Positions 47,282 through 57,106 are shown, numbered from the stretch's first letter. The stretch is DNA of 64,000 nt from Acidobacteriota bacterium (GCA_016935015.1 JAFGRT010000122.1:76310-140309), one strand, 5' to 3'. Program-made: numbers and translations. The notes: generated from the letters alone by a model not told the origin.

Positions 47282-47712
47282 GCGGAGGTCTCAATCAGGG
47301 GCGAGAGTTTTTCGTTGTCACCATTTATTACCGTGAATTATATCCCTGATGGTCTTTGGGTTCGTTACCGATCCCGATAGTGTTGGCACTTTTCTCGACT
47401 ACTCTATCGACTACCATTACGACAACAATAACAACAGCGATCGGGACAGAGGCGGCCAGGACTACACTGTTGGAATCGATGGGGCAAACGAGTCGATTAC
47501 GACGACGACAACAAGAGTTTGCAGATGCAGGCTGTGCGGGAGAGGATGCGAGATCTCCGGTTCCCCTTCTTTTGCTGGCCGGCAGATTGTCTCGGTCGGC
47601 CGCCCGGGCCGGATCAATCCGGGATTGGATTTGACTCGGAGCGAGAAATATGTAACATTGATCGCGAGGCGTCATCTTAAACGCGCAGAGCGATACACCA
47701 AGGGGTTGAACC

Positions 47713-48237
47713 ATGCGGAGGATAGCGATTGCCGGCTCACTGATCCTGCTGCTCCTGGCCGCACCGGCCGCGGCGGCGCCGGCCAAGAAGGTGGTCAAGG
47801 GCGACAAGAAGGAGTTGCGGGGGGTCACCCGCATCTACGTCCAGGCCAATGACAAGGAGTATCGCCGCATCATCGAGACGTACATCATGGAGGAGCTGCG
47901 GGGGATGTCCATCGTTTCCCTCATGTCCGAGGCCGATGCGGTGCTGACGTTCACCTACGAGAATCCGGAACGGAAGAAATCCACCCAGTTCAAGTACAAG
48001 GGGCACAATCCGCGGAAAATGCGGGTGGAGGAGTACGATTACGACAATTTCATCATGCAGGGCCGGGGGGAGATCTTCAAGGTCACGGGGTATGCCCCGG
48101 ACTCCCAGAAAGTGACGCTGCGCCTGCTGGCGGAATGGGAGAGCGGCAAGATCAACCTGGCCGAGGTGACGGACCTGCAGATCGCGCCCCTCGACTTCGC
48201 CAGGGAATTTGTCAAGCTGTGGCGCAAATACAACTAG
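47713..48237 (+). CDS. Secreted hypothetical protein
   Basis: AGGGG RBS; signal peptide MRRIAIAGSLILLLLAAPAAA; strong GC3 bias. Confidence 0.8.
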   Translation: MRRIAIAGSLILLLLAAPAAAAPAKKVVKGDKKELRGVTRIYVQANDKEYRRIIETYIMEELRGMSIVSLMSEADAVLTFTYENPERKKSTQFKYKGHNPRKMRVEEYDYDNFIMQGRGEIFKVTGYAPDSQKVTLRLLAEWESGKINLAEVTDLQIAPLDFAREFVKLWRKYN

Positions 48238-48252
48238 CGGCGGCGCTGGCCG

Positions 48253-49329
48253 TCATTTCTCCCGATAATTCGGATCGTTGCGGTTGACGATCTGCAACCG
48301 CCGCCACGACGGATCGTCGTCGATGGGCAGCGGCCCTTCCACATCCGTCAGGAAATAATTCCCCTGCCCGTCCGTATAGGCTTTCTCATACATGGGCAGC
48401 CAGGTCTGTCGTCCCGTCTGGGGATCCAGGGCCTCCATCTGCCCGGTGAGGACCTTGTGCACTTCCGTCTGGATATCGCTGCGCGTCTGGCTGCGTTGCC
48501 GCTCCATCTGGCGATCGGCCTCGTTGAGTTGCCGGATGATCTCGTTGTACTGCTGGCCGCGCTGGGCCGAGGCCGCCGCGGCGCGCACCACCCACTGCGG
48601 GTCCAGCCGGAAGGTGCGCAGGCAGAGGTCCATGACCCGGGCGTCCTGGCGCCAGCGCCGGGTGGGGGCCACCCAGCCGAAAGTGCCGACGGTGGACCAG
48701 ATGTTCCCCCCCAGGTTGTACAGGATGGCGTAGATGCGACCGACGCGGGGTGTGCCCGCGATGGTGCACTCGAAATTCACGTAACCGCACTGGGAATGGG
48801 TGGCCACTGCAGGCACAAAGGGCCGCAACTCGGGCGATTCCACCGCCGGGCCGATGATGCGCGGATTCTGGAACTCCTGGGCGGACAGGGCGCCGAAAAT
48901 GACGGTTTGCACGTACTGGGGGATGGTCATGTAGGGGTACTGCCAGCAGCCGTTGAGGACACTGCCATACTGCACCCCCAGCCCCATGCCGGCGCCGGGA
49001 TGGGAGCGCGGATCCTGGAAGTAGAATCGGGGGTACCAGCCAAAAAAGGACTGCCCGTCGGGGCTGGTAACCCGAAAGCGGATGTTGGACTCCACCAGGT
49101 CCACCACGTTCCCGGGCACGCCGCTGCCCACCATGCCGCCTTCGGCCCGCCAGCCACGGGGAATCAGCAGGGTGAAAGCGCCCTGGTACGCCTCGCGGTG
49201 CAGGGTGAGATACGTACCCGGCCCATCCCGCCCAGCCTGGGCCAGGGAAAATCCGCCCATCATGGCCAGCGACATGAGGGCGGCGGCCGCCCGTCGTCGG
49301 ACTGACTGATTCCAGCAACGTTTAGTCAT
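48253..49329 (-). CDS. Secreted hypothetical protein
   Basis: Signal peptide ending FSLAQA; AFTLLIPRGW; C-terminal helical region; start may be 49350. Confidence 0.75.
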   Translation of the reverse strand: MTKRCWNQSVRRRAAAALMSLAMMGGFSLAQAGRDGPGTYLTLHREAYQGAFTLLIPRGWRAEGGMVGSGVPGNVVDLVESNIRFRVTSPDGQSFFGWYPRFYFQDPRSHPGAGMGLGVQYGSVLNGCWQYPYMTIPQYVQTVIFGALSAQEFQNPRIIGPAVESPELRPFVPAVATHSQCGYVNFECTIAGTPRVGRIYAILYNLGGNIWSTVGTFGWVAPTRRWRQDARVMDLCLRTFRLDPQWVVRAAAASAQRGQQYNEIIRQLNEADRQMERQRSQTRSDIQTEVHKVLTGQMEALDPQTGRQTWLPMYEKAYTDGQGNYFLTDVEGPLPIDDDPSWRRLQIVNRNDPNYREK

Positions 49330-49374
49330 CAATGCTTTCTCTCCCTTCACGAGCGTTCAGCCTCCACGACACGC

Positions 49375-50166
49375 CTACATCAGCCCCTGGTACATGCCGC
49401 CGTCGATGAGGAGGGTGGTGCCGGTGATGTAGGCCGCCGGTTCCGAAGCCAGGAAGGCCACCAGTGCCCCGAATTCATCAGGCCGGCCGATGCGCCGTGC
49501 CGGAATGGCGCTCTCCAGGTCAGTGCGCACCTCATCCACCAACCGGTTTTCCCGCTGCGCCCGGTCGGCCAGCAGCTGTTCCACCCGTTCCGTCATGATG
49601 TAGCCCGGGGCGATGGTGTTGGCGGTGATGTTCTCGGCGGCCACCTGGCTGGACAGGGTTTTGATGTACGCCACCACGCCGGCCCGGGACACGTTGGACA
49701 GGGCCAGTTGGGGCAGCGGCTGTTTCACGGAGATGGACGCGGAGGCGATAATCCGACCCCAGCGTTGTCGCCTCATGGCCGGCAGAAAAACGTTCACCAG
49801 CCGGATGGTGCTGAGCAGATTGAGCTCCACGGCGGTGGCATAGTCGTCGGCGCCGAAATCCAGCACCGATCCGGGCGGCGGCCCGCCGGCGTTAGCGAAC
49901 AAGATGTGGGCCGTGCCGCAGTGATCCAGGACCGTTGCGGCGAACCGGGCCACGGCCGCCGGGTTCGTGACGTCGCATTCCAGGGCCAGGACGTCACTAC
50001 CCGTCGCATCCCGGATGGCCTCGGCCGCGGCGGTGATAGCCTCCCGGTCGCGGGAACAGATGGCCACACGGGCGCCTTCGGCGGCCAGGGCTTCGGCTAC
50101 GGCCCGACCCAATCCGCGGCTGGCCGCGGTCACCACGGCCACTTTTCCCTCAATCTGCAGATTCAT
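49375..50166 (-). CDS. SDR-family oxidoreductase
   Basis: VTAASRGLG, NAGGP, SNVSR, IAPGYI, IDGG. Confidence 0.92.
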   Translation of the reverse strand: MNLQIEGKVAVVTAASRGLGRAVAEALAAEGARVAICSRDREAITAAAEAIRDATGSDVLALECDVTNPAAVARFAATVLDHCGTAHILFANAGGPPPGSVLDFGADDYATAVELNLLSTIRLVNVFLPAMRRQRWGRIIASASISVKQPLPQLALSNVSRAGVVAYIKTLSSQVAAENITANTIAPGYIMTERVEQLLADRAQRENRLVDEVRTDLESAIPARRIGRPDEFGALVAFLASEPAAYITGTTLLIDGGMYQGLM

Positions 50167-50250
50167 GTCCTCTCCTGATGGCCCACCGGCGCAAGCACCG
50201 AGGTAGACGATCTTTCTCCAGCAGGCAACCTCTGCAGCGCCGGCTTGGCA

Positions 50251-51459
50251 TTACAGCAATCCGGCCAGCCGGGACACTCCCTCCCGAATCAGCTTTTCGT
50301 CGGAATAGGAGAAATTCAGGCGCAGTTCGTTGGTGCGAACGATGCCGGCCGGATAGAACTTGCTGCCGGGAATGAAAGCCACCTTGTGCTGGATGGCCCG
50401 CTCGAAAAGGTCATCGGCGTTGATTTCCGGCGGCAGGGTTACCCAGACGAACATGCCGCCTTCGGGTTGGGTCCACGTCACGCCGTCCGGCATGCAGTCG
50501 GCCAAGGCGTTCAGCATGGCGTCCCGCCTCGGCCGGTACAGATCGATAATCCAGTCGATATGCCGCCGCATATGGCCGGCCTCGATGAAACGGGCCGCCA
50601 CGCGCTGGGTGGCGCAATCGGGGCTGACAGTGGTTTTTTGGGCCCACTTGACCATGGGGCCGATCATCTCCGGCGGCCCCGCCGCGAAACCCAATCGCAG
50701 GCCCGGCCCGAGAATTTTGGAAAAGGATTTGGCAATGGTCACCAGCTGGGGATCGTCAAATTCCGTCCGGGCCAGCTCCCATAAGGTCAGGATCCGTTCC
50801 CCGCTGTAGCGCAATTCGCGGTACGGCTGATCCTCCAGGATGGGAATGCCGAATTCGGCGGCGATGGCGATGATTTCCCGTCGTCGGTTCAAGTCCATGG
50901 TCCGGCCACTGGGATTCTGGAACTCGGGGATGACGTAGATGAATTTCACGGCCGCTTTCCGGTCGTGCAGTCCGCGCAGAGTGTCGCGCAGCTGGTCCGG
51001 AATCATTCCCAGCTCGTCCATCTCGATCCCGGCCAGGCGCGCGCCACAGCTCTCCATGGCCGTAACGGAGCCGGGAAACCCCGGCGCTTCGCAGACGATG
51101 GTATCACCCGGATCGATGAGGGTGCGGGTGAAATAGTAGATCCCGTTGGTGGAGCCAACGGTGATCATGATCTCCTCATCCGAAAGATAGGGCACTTCCT
51201 CAAATGCTTTCAGCGCCTGCTTGAAGAACCGGTCGCCGTCGCTGGCGCCATATTGCAGAACATCCGCCCCCTCCTCGAGGATGACCTGGCTGAACAACCG
51301 GGCCAGCAATTCGCGGGGGAATGAATCGGGACTGGGCAGTCCGCCGGCGAAGGAAATCATCCCTGGTACGCCCTTGGTCACCTTGAGAATCTCTCGGATA
51401 AAAGAGTGTTTCATGATCGCCGTGTGCTGCGAGTAGAGCCTCTCGATGGGTTGCTTCAA
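50251..51459 (-). CDS. PLP-dependent aminotransferase class I/II (2-aminoadipate transaminase-like)
   Basis: ISFAGGLP, FQNPSG, EDQPY, SFSKILGPGLRLG, PEGGMF; GGAGG before the TTG start. Confidence 0.92.
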   Translation of the reverse strand: MKQPIERLYSQHTAIMKHSFIREILKVTKGVPGMISFAGGLPSPDSFPRELLARLFSQVILEEGADVLQYGASDGDRFFKQALKAFEEVPYLSDEEIMITVGSTNGIYYFTRTLIDPGDTIVCEAPGFPGSVTAMESCGARLAGIEMDELGMIPDQLRDTLRGLHDRKAAVKFIYVIPEFQNPSGRTMDLNRRREIIAIAAEFGIPILEDQPYRELRYSGERILTLWELARTEFDDPQLVTIAKSFSKILGPGLRLGFAAGPPEMIGPMVKWAQKTTVSPDCATQRVAARFIEAGHMRRHIDWIIDLYRPRRDAMLNALADCMPDGVTWTQPEGGMFVWVTLPPEINADDLFERAIQHKVAFIPGSKFYPAGIVRTNELRLNFSYSDEKLIREGVSRLAGLL

Positions 51460-51626
51460 GAATTCCTCCCTGATGGACAGATGGTAAGGAGATCAGGCCC
51501 TCAAGTATACCTGGAGCGAGAACCGAATTCAATCTTCTTGGTCATGCGGCCGGTATCCATTTCTTGCGTTCACCGATCCCAACCTGTACAATTTGACCGA
51601 CAGCGAAACCAGGGGCCCCTCGCACG

Positions 51627-52079
51627 GTGATGAGGACTGATTTGCAAAACAACGGCCTTGACCGAATCAATGCCACTGACAACCATACCGAGAAATCGGC
51701 CTTCCGCTGGTCGCCGGTGTTGCTCTCCGCCCTGGTCTGCCCCGGCCTGGGACAGTGGGTCCAGCGGCGTCGGTGGTTGGGCCTGCTGCAGATGGTCCTG
51801 GCCGTCGGGCTCGTGATCAGCTTTCTGGCCGTGGTATTCATGGACATCCTGGCTCTGATCCCCGAGTGCCCGCCCCTGGATCCGGCCGAGCTCATCGCCC
51901 TTTCCTTCGAGATTTCAGCGACCGTAACCTATCAGAACGGCGCCGCCTACGGGCTGGTCCTCATTCTGTTGATGGTCGTCTATCTGTACTCCGTTCTGGA
52001 CGCATTCGTCTATCAGCGCCGGGCCGCTGTCGCGCCGGCGCAGCACCCGCGCGAGACGGGCGGCGACCGACGGTTGTGA
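51627..52079 (+). CDS. Small membrane hypothetical protein
   Basis: LLSALVCPGLGQW motif, two to three TM segments, YSVLDAF. Confidence 0.7.
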   Translation: MMRTDLQNNGLDRINATDNHTEKSAFRWSPVLLSALVCPGLGQWVQRRRWLGLLQMVLAVGLVISFLAVVFMDILALIPECPPLDPAELIALSFEISATVTYQNGAAYGLVLILLMVVYLYSVLDAFVYQRRAAVAPAQHPRETGGDRRL

Positions 52080-52180
52080 TTTCAGTTCAAATCGCCGTTG
52101 AAATATACTACAATAGTTATTCAGGCGAACGATCCCCGTTCAGGAGCTCTTGGGAAACAGAATCTGTCGGTTACTGGCAC

Positions 52181-54745
52181 ATGGATGTACGTTCCATTAC
52201 CCGTTATCTGAAAAGGCAGCTTAAACCCGCCGGCGCGCAATGGTTTGTGGTGTATGAACGGTTGCTGGGATCCACGCTTTTCTACCCCCTGTTCGATCTC
52301 CACCTGGCCCGTCATGCGCCCGATCCCGACTTCGCGGTCGTCGATGACGTTTTCCTCCGCCGCTTGACCACGACGGGCCGCATCCGGAAATCCGTTTCGA
52401 CCCATCACTCGGCAGCCACCGGCCAGACCATCGTCTTCTATAGCCCGGATTTCGTTCATTCCGCCCTGCAGCAGGATTACCGCATCGTCTTCGGCACCTC
52501 GAACCGGGACCGGAGCCTGCAGCCCCAGCAGATTCGACCGCTCTTGCCACGCCTGGAATCTTGTCTCCTGCCGCTCATCCGGAACACCCACTCCCGCTTC
52601 CGGCGCATTTGCCGGCCCTGGGTCCAGGAGATCCGCCAAGCGTACTTCAAGGATCTGTCCTATCGCGACGCACTGACCCGCGCACTGGAACTGGTCGCGG
52701 GGGTCTGCGGCTCATGCGCGGGACGGATCCTGCTCCGCTCCAATATGTCACACACCACCACCTATGTGTCCGCCGACCAGGACCGATCCATCGACTCAGA
52801 ACAGGTGCACCGGATCTTCCGCGTGCTGCTGGACAACGGCGGCCCGGTCCGGATTCCGGAGAGCGTCTTGGCCCGACAGGACCTGCCTGGTTTTCGCGGA
52901 CTTTTTTTCCACCTCGAGGACGAAAATTTCTCCGCCGCCATCCTCCTCCTTTTTGACAGCCAGGCTAACGGCCACGGTGATATCTTCGGTATCCTTCGCG
53001 AAATGGTGCTGCAAGTCAGCCATTTTCTGGCCGAAACCTCACCCCTCAATGCCAAATTGCGCGACTCCTTCATAAACCGTGATTTGCAGAACGCGGTCAT
53101 GGGCCTGCTTCCCTTGCTCGAACGGGATGAATTCATCCATTCCCTGCCCTGTATGATTCGTGAATATCTGCGTGTCGGCTATGTCGCTTTTTATCTTCCG
53201 GAAAGCGAAGGTTTCAACTGGCGGCGGCATCAGCATGACGGAGAGATTCAGCCCACATCGACGGGGCAACTGCGTGAGGCCCATTCCAATTGTCTTCTCA
53301 TGCAGTGCGTCCACAGCGGGAAAACCATTCTAAAAACGGTGCTCAGCGGCAAGGAGAAATCCCAGGTCCTGGACTCGCCATCCATTGCCTCCGTCCTGTA
53401 TTATCCCTTGCAGGAGAAGGGCGAAGTCGTGGCGCTACTCAAAATCGCCGATCATACGCCCTCGGCCATCACATTCGCCCATCTGCATCGGCTGCGCATG
53501 CTCGAACCCTATCTGATCACCGCTCTGGAAAACATCAGCCGCTATCACATCCTGCTGCAAATGGTCTTCCGGGATTCAGAGACCGGTTTGCTTAATCGCC
53601 GCGGCTTCGAAGAACAGATCGCCCGGCAGCTGGACGTGGGCAAAACCCGCGGCCGGCACTTCGCCATCATGTTCATCGGCCTCGATCGATCCGAAAGCCA
53701 TTTTCATTCGCCCTCCCTCATGTCGCGGCGACGCCTTCTGCTTGCCCATTCGCAATGGCTGCAGGTCAAATTACCTCCGACGACCATCATCGGATTTGAC
53801 GGAGAAAGCACCTTCCAGGCCCTGATAACGGAGATGGACCTCAACGAAGCACTGAAACTCGCCCGGAACATCTGCTGGGAACGCAAGATGCTGCATGCCG
53901 AAGAAAATGAAACGGTTACATATTCTATCGGCGTCTCTTCATTCCCTCTCAACGGCACCAATGTCGAAGCCTTGTCCCTGGCAGCCGAGCAGGCACTGAT
54001 GATCAGCCGCTACCAGGGCGGCGATACCGCTTCCATCATGGGCAGCGAAATTCTCAAGAAGCTGTCGCTGGAAATTCTGTCGGGACTGCTGGGCCGGCGG
54101 ACGTTCAAAACGGGCCCTGAGCTGTTGGACGGGGTGATGGAAAAGATCTCCATTCGGGATCAGGACCAGAACGGCCTGACCGTTTTCGAGGTCATCAATT
54201 CCCTGGTCACGGCCGTCGACGCCAAGGACCACTATACCGGCAACCATTCATCGGAGAGCAGCATTTTTTCCGTGGCCCTGGCCAAGCGGCTGGGTCTCGA
54301 TGAACAAGCCGTGGAACGGCTGCGTATCGCCTCCAAGCTCCATGACGTCGGCAAGATCGGAATCCCGGAATACATCCTCTGCAAGCAGGAGAAACTCAGT
54401 ATCGATGAAATGGAGGTCATGAAACGGCATTCCGAAATCGGCGCGCGCATCATCCGGCCCATCTCCTCCCTGCGCCATATCGCCGACATCATCGAACACC
54501 ACCATGAGCGCTGGGACGGGACCGGTTACCCCAATAACCTCAGGGGCGAGGAAATCCCACTGGAATCGCGGATCCTGGCGGTGGTGGACGCCTTTCACGC
54601 CATGATCAGTGATCGTCCGTACCGTAATGCCATGTCACGGGAGACAGCCCTTGAAGAAATTGCCCGGGAGGCGGGGCACCAGTTCGATCCCTATATTTCG
54701 CGCCAGTTTGTGGATTTGATGCACGAGCGGAAGACGGCCCTGTAA
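52181..54745 (+). CDS. GAF - degenerate GGDEF - HD-GYP signalling protein
   Basis: DSETGLLNRR; GFDGEST in place of the GGDEF site; KDHYTGNHS, HDVGKIG, HHERWDGTGYP, VDAFHAM. Confidence 0.88.
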   Translation: MDVRSITRYLKRQLKPAGAQWFVVYERLLGSTLFYPLFDLHLARHAPDPDFAVVDDVFLRRLTTTGRIRKSVSTHHSAATGQTIVFYSPDFVHSALQQDYRIVFGTSNRDRSLQPQQIRPLLPRLESCLLPLIRNTHSRFRRICRPWVQEIRQAYFKDLSYRDALTRALELVAGVCGSCAGRILLRSNMSHTTTYVSADQDRSIDSEQVHRIFRVLLDNGGPVRIPESVLARQDLPGFRGLFFHLEDENFSAAILLLFDSQANGHGDIFGILREMVLQVSHFLAETSPLNAKLRDSFINRDLQNAVMGLLPLLERDEFIHSLPCMIREYLRVGYVAFYLPESEGFNWRRHQHDGEIQPTSTGQLREAHSNCLLMQCVHSGKTILKTVLSGKEKSQVLDSPSIASVLYYPLQEKGEVVALLKIADHTPSAITFAHLHRLRMLEPYLITALENISRYHILLQMVFRDSETGLLNRRGFEEQIARQLDVGKTRGRHFAIMFIGLDRSESHFHSPSLMSRRRLLLAHSQWLQVKLPPTTIIGFDGESTFQALITEMDLNEALKLARNICWERKMLHAEENETVTYSIGVSSFPLNGTNVEALSLAAEQALMISRYQGGDTASIMGSEILKKLSLEILSGLLGRRTFKTGPELLDGVMEKISIRDQDQNGLTVFEVINSLVTAVDAKDHYTGNHSSESSIFSVALAKRLGLDEQAVERLRIASKLHDVGKIGIPEYILCKQEKLSIDEMEVMKRHSEIGARIIRPISSLRHIADIIEHHHERWDGTGYPNNLRGEEIPLESRILAVVDAFHAMISDRPYRNAMSRETALEEIAREAGHQFDPYISRQFVDLMHERKTAL

Positions 54746-54758
54746 CTCCCCGGCAGCC

Positions 54759-55865
54759 TCAATCTCCGAAACTGATGCCCAGATCCCGCGCCGTCAGGAT
54801 GGAGTCACAATCCAGGGGCACGCATTTCATGCGCCGTGTCGCCTCGGCCAGGGGCACATAATTCACCGTCGGCGGATCCAGTGCCACCATGATTCCGGAT
54901 TGGCCTTCGTCCAGGGCCCGCACGGCGGCTGCACCGAAGCGCAAGGAGATCAGCCGATCGAAGGTGGAAGGGGATCCGCCGCGCAAAAGATGGCCGAGCA
55001 CCACGGCCCGGGTTTCTTTACCCGTGAGTTCCGCCAGGTCATGGGCCACGAGGTCTCCAATCCCGCCCAGCCGCTCCTGGCGGCCGATTTCCTTGGATTT
55101 CACCGCGACATGACCACCCACCGCCTTGGCCCCCTCGGCCACCACGACGATGGAAAAATGGCGCCCCTTGCGATCACGCTCCTCTATCTTTTCAGCCACT
55201 TTCGTCAGGTCATAGGGTATTTCGGGAATCAGGATCGCGTCGGCCGTGCCGGAGATGCCGGCATTCAGGGCGATCCAGCCGGCATAGCGGCCCATGACCT
55301 CCACCACCATCACCCGCTGGTGGGCTTCAGCCGTAGAGTGAAGGCGGTCAAGACAGCTCGTGGCGAACGATACGGCCGTGTCAAAACCGAACGTGATTAC
55401 CGTGCGGTCCAGGTCGTTGTCGATGGTTTTGGGCACGCCGATCACCCGCAGCCCGCGGCGGTAGAGTTCCAGGGCGATGGCCAGCGAACCGTCGCCGCCG
55501 ATGGCCACCAGAGCGTCGATGCCGCGGTTATGCAGGCCGTCGATGATTTCACCGCTACGGTCCATTTCCTGGATGGTACCGTCATGCCGGCGGATAGGAA
55601 AACGCAGCGGATTGCCGCGATTGGTGGTCCCGAGGATGGTGCCGCCGAGATGGGTGATACCGCGGACCGATTCCTCACCCAAGCGGATGATGCCGGTGTC
55701 GCCGAACGCGGCCGGATCGAGCAGGCCGTTGTACCCCTCCCGGATGCCGTAGCATTCCCAGCCCCGATTCAGTCCGGACAGGACGATGGCCCGGATAACG
55801 GCGTTCAGGCCCGGGGCGTCGCCGCCGCCGGTGTTGATGGCGATCCGCTTGATCTTCTCAGCCAT
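54759..55865 (-). CDS. pfkA: 6-phosphofructokinase
   Basis: TGGGDAPGLN, GGTILGT, GGDGS, PKTIDND, EVMGR, LGHLLRGG. Confidence 0.94.
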   Translation of the reverse strand: MAEKIKRIAINTGGGDAPGLNAVIRAIVLSGLNRGWECYGIREGYNGLLDPAAFGDTGIIRLGEESVRGITHLGGTILGTTNRGNPLRFPIRRHDGTIQEMDRSGEIIDGLHNRGIDALVAIGGDGSLAIALELYRRGLRVIGVPKTIDNDLDRTVITFGFDTAVSFATSCLDRLHSTAEAHQRVMVVEVMGRYAGWIALNAGISGTADAILIPEIPYDLTKVAEKIEERDRKGRHFSIVVVAEGAKAVGGHVAVKSKEIGRQERLGGIGDLVAHDLAELTGKETRAVVLGHLLRGGSPSTFDRLISLRFGAAAVRALDEGQSGIMVALDPPTVNYVPLAEATRRMKCVPLDCDSILTARDLGISFGD

Positions 55866-55945
55866 GTCGTACCTCCAGTATTTGTACGCATATTACCGTC
55901 GAACGTACCCTGCCCCGCGGTTGTCGGTTCCGGTCTGGCGGCGGA

Positions 55946-57106
55946 TCAGTTTTCAAACGTCCCCTTGACGAGGCGCCGGCCGTCGCGGACGGCCAGGACG
56001 CCGTTCATCACCAGGTGACGGATCTTGTCCTCGCTGTCGAGGACTACCAGGTCGGCGTCGTGACCGATCCGGATTCGTCCCTTGCCGGACAACTTCAGGA
56101 TATCGGCCGCATTGGACGTTACCACCGGCAGTGCCTGCTCCCAGGGGATGCCTTCCCGGCGAACGGCGTCGATCAGTTCCGCCAGGTTGGCCCGGGGCCG
56201 GCCCGTTTCCAGCTTGACCAGGCGGCCGTCACCATCAAACTGCGGCAGTGACCCGCAGGCATCGGATGAAAAGGTGATGTGGGTGCCGGGCACCCCGGCG
56301 GCCAGCAGCCGGACCAAGGCCGCGGAGGGCTTGATTTCGACCTCAGAAAAATACGGATAGGAACTGGTGGTCAGATCCACATAGCCGTGCTTGCCGTATT
56401 CAATGGATTCCTCGAAAATCGTCGCGTTCCGGTTGCAGTGGGTCGGCAGGAACTGGGTCAGCCTGAGTTCGCTGCGGGCCACGGCTTCGTACAGGATCGC
56501 GAAAGGATGATCCGCATCACCCATATGCAGGTTGACGATGCCGGCCTTGCCGCCCAGCATGCCACCCACGCGGGCATGCTCCGCCAGGCGGATAAGCTCT
56601 TCCACTGTGGGAAACGAGGAACGGTGATCGGCAATGGCGATTTCGCCGACGCCGATGATCTCGTCGATGAGGGCGATGTCTTTGCCCACATCGCCCAGGA
56701 TGGTGGGCGGCGGCACCTGGTAGGAGCCGGTGAAGATCCAGCAGGATGCGCCTTCGGCCCGCAATGCCTTGGCTTTCATGAGCACACTCTCCACAGAACG
56801 TGTCAGGCCGTCGGTGCCCAGGCAGCCGATGACCGTCGTACAACCGGCTTCCAGCATTTGGCCGAGCTGCATTTCCGGAGTCCGCGTGGCCGGTCCCCCT
56901 TCACCACCGGCACCGGCGATATGCACATGGCCGTCGATCAGACCCGGCATGGTTATCATCCCTTCGGCTTCAATGATATCCAGAGGGATTCCGGCCGGCG
57001 GAGGGATCTTTTTCTCCAGGGCCACAATTTTTCCGCCGGCCACGAGAATATCCCGCCGGCCGAGGGATTCCGGATCATAAACTTCACCGTTCTTCAGCAA
57101 TAACAT
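55946..57106 (-). CDS. iadA: Isoaspartyl dipeptidase (beta-aspartyl peptidase)
   Basis: PGLIDGHVHIAGAGGEGG..TRTPE, GCLGTDG, DHRSS, SSDACGSLP; GGAGG before ATG 57106. Confidence 0.93.
   Translation of the reverse strand: MLLLKNGEVYDPESLGRRDILVAGGKIVALEKKIPPPAGIPLDIIEAEGMITMPGLIDGHVHIAGAGGEGGPATRTPEMQLGQMLEAGCTTVIGCLGTDGLTRSVESVLMKAKALRAEGASCWIFTGSYQVPPPTILGDVGKDIALIDEIIGVGEIAIADHRSSFPTVEELIRLAEHARVGGMLGGKAGIVNLHMGDADHPFAILYEAVARSELRLTQFLPTHCNRNATIFEESIEYGKHGYVDLTTSSYPYFSEVEIKPSAALVRLLAAGVPGTHITFSSDACGSLPQFDGDGRLVKLETGRPRANLAELIDAVRREGIPWEQALPVVTSNAADILKLSGKGRIRIGHDADLVVLDSEDKIRHLVMNGVLAVRDGRRLVKGTFEN

Noticed and set aside
46090..47513. CRISPR array
   Set aside because: Repeats are degenerate, occur in both orientations and are irregularly spaced; no cas genes.
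46090..47513. Diversity-generating retroelement TR/VR pair (AAC-rich repeats)
   Set aside because: No reverse transcriptase in the window, neither copy lies in a credible gene, and differences between units are not confined to adenines.
45742..47852. Short ORFs encoding DYDYDNDS-like peptides (e.g. 46622-46906, 47030-47269, 47349-47852)
   Set aside because: By-products of the triplet repeats; found on both strands, with no RBS or coding bias and no frame conserved between the two units.
51755..52180. N-terminal extension of the 996-aa ORF
   Set aside because: Overlaps the 51627-52079 membrane gene out of frame; ATG 52181 is the more plausible start.
54759..55865. PPi-dependent phosphofructokinase
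   Set aside because: Has GGDGS (Gly) rather than the Asp signature of PPi-dependent enzymes, despite PKTIDND; more likely ATP-dependent.
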